Assembly (NCBI GenBank): GCA_963739125.1
Contig: CAVTZD010000001.1
Span: forward strand, 4,657,107 to 4,721,106
DNA from: an uncultured Acidobacteriaceae bacterium
GTDB taxonomy: Bacteria; Acidobacteriota; Terriglobia; Terriglobales; Acidobacteriaceae
Length of the DNA stretch: 64,000 bases
Reading direction: 5' to 3'
Shown here: positions 24,752 to 32,311 of the stretch, one piece after another
Layout of the letters: every line of letters begins with the position of its first letter
How positions within the stretch are numbered: the first letter of the stretch is position 1
Notes under the pieces: model-generated
What the model was told of the DNA's origin: nothing
What the model saw: only the letters and a program-made list of their open reading frames with translations
Database searches by the model: none
Made by a program: the position numbers and the translations under genes

Positions 24752-25615
24752 ATGAACCGCACCCGTTTGTTGATGATCGGAGTTCTGGCGCTGGCTCTGG
24801 GCCTGTTTGCCAGCATGTACGTTTATCGCAACCTGCAGGGCAAGAACAGCGGCAGCATGGAGAGCGGTGTGCAAGTCATTGTTGCCGCCGACGATCTGCA
24901 GGTCGGCGCCCGGGTGGAAGAGCATGACATCAAGGTGATCACGATTCCAGCGGCCGATCTGCCGGCGGGCGCGCCCAGAAAGCGCTCGGAAGTGGTGGGG
25001 CATGGCGTGATCATTCCGATTTCGAAGGGCGAATTCATTCTGTCGAACAAGCTGGCGGGAGAAAATGCAGGAGCCGGGCTGCCGTCGTTGATTCCTCCGG
25101 GAATGCGGGCGGTTTCGGTGCGAGTGAATGAAGTGGTTTCGGTGGCCGGGTTCGTGACTCCGGGAACGCGAGTCGACGTGCTGCTGACCGGCACGCCGGG
25201 CGCGGGCAGCGAACAGGAAACTACGACCGTGCTGCAGAACGTTGCGGTGCTGGCTGCCGGGCATACGCTCGAGCGCACGGCGACGGGCGAAGCGCAGAAT
25301 ACTCCGGTCATCACGCTGCTGGTTTCGCCGGACGACGCGCAGCGGCTGACGCTGGCCAGTTCCGAAGGACATATTCAGCTGGCGCTGCGCAATCCGCTGG
25401 ATACGCTGGCCCAGGAGGTTCCGTCGTCAGGAGCGAGATCGTTATACAAGGGCATGCCCGCGGCGGCGCCGGTGGTGAGGACCGCGGTGCGGCGCGCTCC
25501 GGCGCCGGAAAAGGCTGCTCCAGCACCGACTCCCGCGGGAGTGAGCATTGAAGTCTACCAGGGCGACAAGAAGCAGGAAGTAAAGTGCACGGAGGAGAAT
25601 TGCGGCACGAACTGA
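24752..25615 (+). CDS. cpaB: Flp pilus assembly protein CpaB/RcpC
   Basis: 287 aa. An N-terminal TM anchor is followed by a SAF-like domain (VIVAADDLQVGARV) and RcpC-like repeats. Its position between flp and the secretin supports the call. Confidence 0.9.
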   Translation: MNRTRLLMIGVLALALGLFASMYVYRNLQGKNSGSMESGVQVIVAADDLQVGARVEEHDIKVITIPAADLPAGAPRKRSEVVGHGVIIPISKGEFILSNKLAGENAGAGLPSLIPPGMRAVSVRVNEVVSVAGFVTPGTRVDVLLTGTPGAGSEQETTTVLQNVAVLAAGHTLERTATGEAQNTPVITLLVSPDDAQRLTLASSEGHIQLALRNPLDTLAQEVPSSGARSLYKGMPAAAPVVRTAVRRAPAPEKAAPAPTPAGVSIEVYQGDKKQEVKCTEENCGTN

Positions 25616-25670
25616 GCGGGCGCGAAGCAGAGGGCCTTACCCATTTCCACACTGGGAGAAGAATCGGAAA

Positions 25671-27116
25671 ATGAAAGTTTGCAAGCTGTCGCTTGGGGCT
25701 TTAGTGCTGGTCCTCGCCGCCCTTCCAGCGTTTGCCGTCATGCGGCAACAGGCCGACGCGGCGCCGCAGTCGCAGAGCCCAGAACCGACCGGTACCCAGA
25801 CCACGACTCTGTCTCCGCAGTCGCAGCAGTCCCAAGGATCGGCGCCGCTGCGGGTGATGGTGGATAAGTCGCTGCTAATCAACACGACCGAACGGCTGCG
25901 GCGCATTTCAATTACCGATGGGTCCATCGCTACGGCGCAGGTGATTACGCCGACGCAAATTCTGGTTCACGGCAAATCTCCGGGAGAAGTTTCGTTGCTG
26001 ATCTGGGACGAACTGGAGCGCTCGCGGAGTTTTGATCTGCGGGTGGATGTCGACGTCAGCGCGTGCGCGGAGGAGGAACATCGCGTTTTCCCGGATGAGC
26101 AGATCACGGTGACTCCATCGCGCGCCGCCATTGTGCTTTCCGGGCATGTCACGACCGAGGACGTAGCCAAGCGCGCCGGAGATCTAGCCAGCGCGTACTC
26201 GCCGAAGGTAGTGAACGTTCTTACCTTTGGTCCGGTCGGCTCGCAGGAAGTGCTGCTGCAGGTGAAGTTCGCCGAAGTGGATCGCACCGCGCTCACTCAG
26301 ATGGGCGTGAACTTCGTCTCGACTGGCGCCACCAACACGGTTGGAACATTGGGCACGGGTCAGTATGGCGGCTTCGGCCCGCAAACGCTGACACCGCCGG
26401 GATCGTCGAGCAGTTCATCCGGGGGCAGTACGACGACGACCACCACCACCGCCACGACCGTCGGCGCGCAGACCATCAGCAACGTGCTGAACCTTTTTCT
26501 TTTCCGTCCTGACATCAACTTCGGAGCGGTGATCGAGGCGCTTCAGACCAAGAACCTGCTGCAGATTCTGGCCGAGCCGAACCTGATTGCGGTGAACGGA
26601 AAAGAAGCCAGCTTTCTGGCTGGCGGGCAGTTCCCTTTTCCCATCGTGCAGCCGGGCGCGGGATTCACGGCAGTGACGATTTCGTTCAAGGATTTCGGCG
26701 TGAGGCTGCAGTTCACTCCGGTGATCATGCCCAACGGAAATATTCACCTGAAGGTTGCCCCGGAAGTGAGCACGCTGGATTTTTCGAATGCGTTGACCAT
26801 TTCGGGGTTCACGGTTCCGGCGCTGAGCACGCGCAAGGCGGAGACCGAATTTGAATTGCAGGATGGCCAGAGTTTCGTGATCGCGGGCCTGATGGATAAC
26901 CGCGTGACCGATATCTATAACAAGATTCCCGGGCTGGGCGATATCCCGATCCTGGGAAATTTCTTCAAAAGCAAGAGCGTGCAGAAGAGTAATACTGAGC
27001 TGATGGTGCTGTGCACGGTCCGGCGCATTTCCCCCAACGCGGAGCCGCCGACTCTGCCCAAGAATCCGCAGCCGTTCCTGAATCCGGGACAGTTTGACAA
27101 GGAACGCAAAAAGTAA
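25671..27116 (+). CDS. cpaC: Tad secretin CpaC/RcpA
   Basis: 481 aa. It has a signal peptide and a BON-like N-domain. The C-terminal secretin core reads ILAEPNLIAVNGKEASFLAGGQFPFP...IPGLGDIPILGNLFKS-like. It contains a Ser/Thr-rich insert. Confidence 0.93.
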   Translation: MKVCKLSLGALVLVLAALPAFAVMRQQADAAPQSQSPEPTGTQTTTLSPQSQQSQGSAPLRVMVDKSLLINTTERLRRISITDGSIATAQVITPTQILVHGKSPGEVSLLIWDELERSRSFDLRVDVDVSACAEEEHRVFPDEQITVTPSRAAIVLSGHVTTEDVAKRAGDLASAYSPKVVNVLTFGPVGSQEVLLQVKFAEVDRTALTQMGVNFVSTGATNTVGTLGTGQYGGFGPQTLTPPGSSSSSSGGSTTTTTTTATTVGAQTISNVLNLFLFRPDINFGAVIEALQTKNLLQILAEPNLIAVNGKEASFLAGGQFPFPIVQPGAGFTAVTISFKDFGVRLQFTPVIMPNGNIHLKVAPEVSTLDFSNALTISGFTVPALSTRKAETEFELQDGQSFVIAGLMDNRVTDIYNKIPGLGDIPILGNFFKSKSVQKSNTELMVLCTVRRISPNAEPPTLPKNPQPFLNPGQFDKERKK

Positions 27117-27159
27117 GCGGTCCGCGGGATGGTCCCAGATTGCGCGGAGCCAAAAGCTT

Positions 27160-27228
27160 TCACCGCGAAGAGCGCAAGAGATTGGCAAGAACCACGAAAA
27201 GAAACAGAATCACAGAGGTTCGCGGTGA
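27160..27228. repeat. Palindromic element (family G) in the cpaC-cpaE spacer
   Basis: The 10-bp inverted repeat TCACCGCGAA ... TTCGCGGTGA flanks an A-rich loop (AAGAACCACGAAAAGAAACAGAATCACAGAGG). Confidence 0.6.
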
Positions 27229-27249
27229 GGGGCAGACCGCGCGATTGGT

Positions 27250-28422
27250 ATGGCCGAGCTTTCCGTCGTGATCATCGCCGCCGATAACGAACAGCGCGCG
27301 CTGTTGCAGGTGCTGGTGGATGGCACCAACCTGGCGCGCACGGCGCATTCCAGCGCCAGTTTTCCGGTATCGGCGTCCGATCCGGTGACGCGGCGCGTGC
27401 GCAGCGCGAATCCCGACGTGACTCTGGTCGACATACCCGCGGACAATCCCTCGACGGCGTTGCGTGCCATCGAATTGCTGCATCAGGAAGTGCCGGAGTG
27501 CGCGGTATTCGCCGTGGGCAGCCTGAGCCAGCCCCAGGTCATCGTAAATGCGATGCGAGCCGGAGCCGGGGAATTCATCGAGCGGCCCACGAACACGACC
27601 GATTTGATTGATGCGTTCGTGCGGCTTTCGGCGGAACAGCGCCGCGGGCGGCAGGAGGGTCCGCGGGGCAAGGTTTTTACGGTGATCAACGCCAAGGGCG
27701 GAAACGGCGCGACCACGGTGGCGGTGAATCTGGCTGTCGCCCTGCAGTCGACGCATGGGCAGACGGCGCTGGTCGATATGGCGCCGCTCGGTCATGCGGC
27801 GCTGCACATGAATCTCAAGCCGGTGTTCAACGTGGCCGATGCCACGCGCAATCTGCACCGCATGGACGCTTCCCTGCTGGAGAGCTTCATGACGCGCCAC
27901 ACGGGAGGGCTGCAACTGCTGGCGGGAAGCGGCGTGCCGGCGGCGATCGACTCGACGACGGCGGATTTCGTTCGCCTGTTCGACATGCTGGTGACGCATT
28001 ACCGTTATGTGGTGGTGGATTCGTCGTCGCGCTTCGACGCGGCCAGCCGATTGATTGCAAACCTTTCGGAAACCGTGTTGCTGGTGGCCTGCACCGATGT
28101 GGCATCGCTGTGGAGCGCCGCGCGGGTGCAACAGTATCTCGGTGAAACCGGGAGCCGGGAACGAGTGCGGCTGGTGCTGAATCGGTTCCGCAAAGTTCCG
28201 GGCTTCAGCGAAGCGGACGCGGAAGCAGCGGTGGGAGCGAAGTTGTTGTGGCGCGTGCCGAACCAGTATTTCGCGATCTCGACCGCGATTGATCGCGGCA
28301 CGCCAGTGATGGATCAGCGCAACAGTGAAATGGCGCGCTGCTTTGCTGGACTGGCGGCGGAGTTGACGCGCAACGATGTCGACGTAAAGCGCGCGGCGTG
28401 GTCGATGTTTAAGTCGGTATAG
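27250..28422 (+). CDS. cpaE: CpaE/TadZ pilus-assembly ATPase-like protein (receiver-like N-domain + MinD/ParA-type domain)
   Basis: 390 aa. It has a deviant Walker A (NAKGGNGATT). Its position between the secretin and cpaF supports the call. Confidence 0.88.
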   Translation: MAELSVVIIAADNEQRALLQVLVDGTNLARTAHSSASFPVSASDPVTRRVRSANPDVTLVDIPADNPSTALRAIELLHQEVPECAVFAVGSLSQPQVIVNAMRAGAGEFIERPTNTTDLIDAFVRLSAEQRRGRQEGPRGKVFTVINAKGGNGATTVAVNLAVALQSTHGQTALVDMAPLGHAALHMNLKPVFNVADATRNLHRMDASLLESFMTRHTGGLQLLAGSGVPAAIDSTTADFVRLFDMLVTHYRYVVVDSSSRFDAASRLIANLSETVLLVACTDVASLWSAARVQQYLGETGSRERVRLVLNRFRKVPGFSEADAEAAVGAKLLWRVPNQYFAISTAIDRGTPVMDQRNSEMARCFAGLAAELTRNDVDVKRAAWSMFKSV

Positions 28423-28451
28423 TGGGACCGGGTTGGCCGGTTGGAGTTTGC

Positions 28452-28540
28452 GGGGAAAATCCCCACGTCTCGCAAAAGCCGCGAGACCCTTCGGCAAGCT
28501 CAGGGCAGGCTATGGGGCACCCTACGGATATGGGGCACCC
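28452..28540 (+). repeat. REP-like element, family E
   Basis: It has the GGGGAAAATCCCC hairpin, the GTCTCGCAAAAGCCGCGAGAC hairpin and two ATGGGGCACCC units. It lies in the cpaE-cpaF spacer. Confidence 0.75.
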
Positions 28541-28558
28541 GACAGCTAGAGAATTCTT

Positions 28559-29851
28559 ATGGCGAATTTGCAATCGTTTGAGAGGGCCGATTACCAGCAG
28601 GTAAAAGCTGACCTGCACCGGAAGATCCTGGACCGGCTCGATCTGGAGCGGCTGGGCAAAACCGGGGATTCGGCGCGCGACGAAGTTCTGATCGTGATTC
28701 GCAGCGCCGTCCAGAGCGAGGCGGTTCCTCTCAGCTTTGCCGAGCGCGAACGGCTGTCGCGCGAAATTCTGGACGAGATTTTTGGCCTGGGCCCGCTGGA
28801 ACCGCTGCTGAAAGATCCGACGGTTTCCGACATCCTGGTCAATCGCTTTGACCGCGTCTACATTGAGCGCGCCGGCAAGCTCGAGCTGACCAGCTTTTCT
28901 TTCAAAGACAATTCACACCTCATGCAGATCATCGAGCGGATCGTTTCGCGCGTGGGCCGGCGCGTGGACGAATCTTCGCCGATGGTCGATGCGCGCCTGA
29001 CCGACGGATCGCGCGTGAATGCCATCATACCTCCGCTGGCGATCGATGGGCCGTGCCTGTCGATCCGGCGTTTCGGGCGCGACCCGATTACCGCGCGCCA
29101 GATGATTGAGAATCACACGCTGACTGAGCCCATGCTGGAATTGCTCTCGGCGATGGTGAAGGGGCGATTGAACATTCTGGTCTCGGGCGGAACCGGCGCG
29201 GGCAAAACGACCCTGCTGAACGTGCTTTCCGGATACATTCCGAACTCGGACCGCATCGTGACCATCGAAGACGCGGCCGAACTGCAGCTCAAGCAGGAAC
29301 ACGTGGTGCGCCTCGAAACGCGTCCACCGAACATTGAAGGCAAGGGCGCGGTGCGGCAGCGGCAGCTGGTGATCAACAGCTTGCGTATGCGTCCCGACCG
29401 GATCGTGGTGGGCGAGGTGCGCGGTGAAGAAGCATTTGACATGTTGCAGGCCATGAACACCGGCCACGAAGGCTCGCTGACCACGGTGCACGCCAATACG
29501 CCGCGCGATGCGCTGGCCCGCGTGGAAAATATGGTCTCGATGGCCAACCTGAGCATTCCGGAGCGAGCGGTGCGGCACCAGATTACCTCGGCGATTCATG
29601 CCGTGATCCAGATTGCGCGCCTTTCCGACGGCACGCGCAAGGTGATGACCATTTCCGAAATCACCGGCATGGACGACAGGGACATCGCCATGCAGGACAT
29701 TTTTAATTTCGAACGCACGGGGATCGATGAGAACGGGAAGGTGCGCGGAGCATTCCGCGCGACCGGGACGCGCCCGAAATTCGCCGAGCGGCTGGCGACT
29801 TCGGGAGCGCGGCTGCGCCCGGCTCTGTTTGAGTCGAAGAGCGAGGTCTAA
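28559..29851 (+). CDS. cpaF: Tad secretion ATPase CpaF/TadA
   Basis: 430 aa. It has Walker [10 protein letters not shown], the Asp box and His box of secretion ATPases ([19 protein letters not shown]). Confidence 0.96.
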   Translation: MANLQSFERADYQQVKADLHRKILDRLDLERLGKTGDSARDEVLIVIRSAVQSEAVPLSFAERERLSREILDEIFGLGPLEPLLKDPTVSDILVNRFDRVYIERAGKLELTSFSFKDNSHLMQIIERIVSRVGRRVDESSPMVDARLTDGSRVNAIIPPLAIDGPCLSIRRFGRDPITARQMIENHTLTEPMLELLSAMVKGRLNILVSGGTGAGKTTLLNVLSGYIPNSDRIVTIEDAAELQLKQEHVVRLETRPPNIEGKGAVRQRQLVINSLRMRPDRIVVGEVRGEEAFDMLQAMNTGHEGSLTTVHANTPRDALARVENMVSMANLSIPERAVRHQITSAIHAVIQIARLSDGTRKVMTISEITGMDDRDIAMQDIFNFERTGIDENGKVRGAFRATGTRPKFAERLATSGARLRPALFESKSEV

Positions 29852-29857
29852 GGGTTT

Positions 29858-30829
29858 ATGTCGGCATTCCTGGTTGCGCTGCTGGTGTTGGTGCTGGTCG
29901 CGATGGCGGTTTTCGCCGTAGTGATGCTGTTCGACCAGCGCCGGGCGCAAGCCCGCCTCATCAAAGAGCGGCTGGCCGACGAACGCAAGGCTCCGGAACT
30001 TGGCACCGAGGAAGCGCCCGCTCTGGTGCGGGATGAGCAGCTCAGCAACATTCCGGCCCTGGACGCACTCCTGCGGCGGTCGGAGCGCGTTTCGGCCATC
30101 CAGAAGATGCTGCTGCAGGCCGGCCTGACGATGCGGGCGGGCAATTTTCTCGGGCTCTGCGCCGTGGCAGGAATTGTGGGCGCAGTGGCGGGCTACACCC
30201 TGGGCAAGAGGGTCGAGGTCGCATGGATCGCGCTGCTAGCCGGCTTCCTGGTGCCTTACGCCTATGCCTCTTACCGCCGCACCAAGCGCTTTGAGAAATT
30301 TGAGGAGCTTTTCCCCGAGGCCATCGACACGCTGGCGCGCGCGGTTCGCGCCGGACACGCTTTCACCACCGCGCTGGAACTGATTACCAGTGAAATCAGC
30401 GAACCGATTGCCGGCGAATTCCGCCAGCTTTTCGAAGAGCAGAAGTTCGGCATGCCGGTGCGCGACGCATTGATGAACCTGACCGACCGCATGCCGCTGG
30501 TGGACGTGAAGTTCTTCGTGACCGCCGTGATGCTGCAGCGTGAAACCGGCGGCAACCTGGCCGAGATTCTCGACAACCTGTCGTATGTGATCCGCGAACG
30601 GTTCAAGATCCAGCGCCAGGTGCGCGTCTACACCGCGCAGGGGCGGCTCACCATGGCGCTGCTGATGGGTATGCCGCCGATCATCGTCGTGGTCATGCTG
30701 GTGCTCAACCCGAGTTTTATTCAACCGCTGTTCCGGGACCCGATCGGCCACACGCTGCTGGTGGCTGGAATCACGCTGCAGACGGTGGGATATTTTGTGA
30801 TCCGCAAGATCATCCGGATTCAGGTCTAA
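29858..30829 (+). CDS. tadB: Tad platform protein TadB (type II secretion system F family)
   Basis: 323-aa membrane protein with a T2SSF-type cytoplasmic domain. It starts 6 nt after cpaF. Confidence 0.9.
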   Translation: MSAFLVALLVLVLVAMAVFAVVMLFDQRRAQARLIKERLADERKAPELGTEEAPALVRDEQLSNIPALDALLRRSERVSAIQKMLLQAGLTMRAGNFLGLCAVAGIVGAVAGYTLGKRVEVAWIALLAGFLVPYAYASYRRTKRFEKFEELFPEAIDTLARAVRAGHAFTTALELITSEISEPIAGEFRQLFEEQKFGMPVRDALMNLTDRMPLVDVKFFVTAVMLQRETGGNLAEILDNLSYVIRERFKIQRQVRVYTAQGRLTMALLMGMPPIIVVVMLVLNPSFIQPLFRDPIGHTLLVAGITLQTVGYFVIRKIIRIQV

Positions 30830-30861
30830 ATGAAGCAGGTTTAAAGAAGCAGGTTTAGGCA

Positions 30862-31764
30862 ATGCCGATCGTTCTGCCCATTATCGTTTTCGTGACCATC
30901 GCGCTGGTGGTGTTCGTGTTCGGCGCGGCCGTGGTCAGCCCGAGTTCGGTTCTGGGCGCCCGTCTGCGCGCCCTGGGCGGCATACAGCGGCCTACGGAAG
31001 CCAAGCCGGCGATGAAGGAGCGCGTGGAGCGCGCGCTCGATCCGCTGACCAGGGCGATTCCGCTTTCTCCCGCCGACGTTTCCCGAACCCGCGCCTGGCT
31101 CATTCAGGCGGGACTGCGCGACGCCCGCCATGTGAACTACTATTTCGGCGCGCGCCTGCTGCTGGCTGCCGCAGGGTTTGTCGGCGTGGCGGTTTTCTCG
31201 GGCTTCAACAACACGCTGCTGTTGGCCGGCATTCCGGGTCTGGGCTTCTTTCTGCCGCGCTTTTTCCTGAAGAGGATGATCCGAGATCGGCAGCAGCGGA
31301 TTCGCCTGGGTTTGCCCGATGCTTTGGACCTGACCGTGATCTGCGTGGAAGCCGGGCTTGCCCTCGATCAGGCCTTGATGCGCGTAGGCCAGGATCTGCA
31401 TCATGCCCATCCCGATCTGAGCAATGAATTCCATCTGGTGAACCTCGAGATGCGGGCCGGCAAACCCCGCGCCGAAGCGCTGCGCAACCTGGTCGACCGA
31501 ACCGGGGTTGACGACATCCGTTCCCTGGTTGGTACACTCATTCAGACAGATCGCTTCGGCACCAGCGTCACCCAAGCTCTGCGCGTGTATTCCGACTCCC
31601 TCCGCACGGAACGCCGGCAGCGGGCCGAAGAGCAGGCGGCGAAGACTACCATTAAGATGATCCCCCCACTGGTGATATTTGTTCTGCCCTCGATCATGTT
31701 CGTCACCATCGGACCGGCTGTCATTTCGCTGATTCGGCAACTGGGACCGGTTTCGGGCCACTGA
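30862..31764 (+). CDS. tadC: Tad platform protein TadC (type II secretion system F family)
   Basis: 300-aa membrane paralog of tadB, immediately downstream of it. Confidence 0.9.
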   Translation: MPIVLPIIVFVTIALVVFVFGAAVVSPSSVLGARLRALGGIQRPTEAKPAMKERVERALDPLTRAIPLSPADVSRTRAWLIQAGLRDARHVNYYFGARLLLAAAGFVGVAVFSGFNNTLLLAGIPGLGFFLPRFFLKRMIRDRQQRIRLGLPDALDLTVICVEAGLALDQALMRVGQDLHHAHPDLSNEFHLVNLEMRAGKPRAEALRNLVDRTGVDDIRSLVGTLIQTDRFGTSVTQALRVYSDSLRTERRQRAEEQAAKTTIKMIPPLVIFVLPSIMFVTIGPAVISLIRQLGPVSGH

Positions 31765-31809
31765 GAGGCGGCGAAGCAGGCAGGCGGAATCCGGGGAGCA
31801 TCGCACTTC

Positions 31810-32289
31810 ATGGCTGTTTTTTCATCGGAGCGCCAGGCCTTCAATCGCACCCGCCAGAGGCAACTCGCCTCCGCGCTGGCCGTGGCCGACACGCACTGGA
31901 GCCGGCTGCGCGGACTGTTAGGCCTGCGTTCGAGTGACTTCCGTAATGGATACGGTCTCTGGATTGTTCCCTGCCACGGCGTTCATACTTTAGGAATGGG
32001 ATTTCCCATCGACGTCGTCTACCTTGACCAGGCGATGACGGTGATTCGCGTAGAGGCTGAGCTGCGGCCCTGGCGTGTGGCGCCGGTGACTTTGCAGGCG
32101 GCGTCTGTGCTGGAACTTCCCTGCCGCACAGCGGTCGAAACCGGAACCGCGGTGGGCGATAGAATTGAGATCACCGCGGGAGCGGAAATCCGGGATGCAG
32201 AGATCCCAGATGCAGAGATCCAAGCAGAGACCCTGGATGCAAAGATCCTAGATGCGGGCCGCAGTGGGTTTTCCGCGCGAAGGCAGTAA
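31810..32289 (+). CDS. DUF192 (COG1430) domain protein with C-terminal pentapeptide-repeat tail
   Basis: 159 aa. The core (RLRGLLG...GLWIVPCHGVHTLGMGFPIDVVYLD...VLELP) matches DUF192. The tail reads AEIRD AEIPD AEIQ AETLD AKILD. It starts 45 nt after tadC. Confidence 0.8.
   Translation: MAVFSSERQAFNRTRQRQLASALAVADTHWSRLRGLLGLRSSDFRNGYGLWIVPCHGVHTLGMGFPIDVVYLDQAMTVIRVEAELRPWRVAPVTLQAASVLELPCRTAVETGTAVGDRIEITAGAEIRDAEIPDAEIQAETLDAKILDAGRSGFSARRQ
32182..32253 (+). repeat. Imperfect 15-bp tandem repeat (5 units) encoding the DUF192 tail
   Basis: The units are GCGGAAATCCGGGAT, GCAGAGATCCCAGAT, GCAGAGATCCAA, GCAGAGACCCTGGAT and GCAAAGATCCTAGAT. Confidence 0.8.
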
Positions 32290-32311
32290 GGGGAGGCTGT
32301 AAACAGAGACC

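Noticed and set aside
27160-29950. ORFs of 445 aa and 345 aa (27160-28497 and 28913-29950) antisense to cpaE and cpaF.
   Set aside because: The sense strand has Walker-box ATPases in a conserved tad gene order. The antisense products are His/Arg-rich with no motifs.
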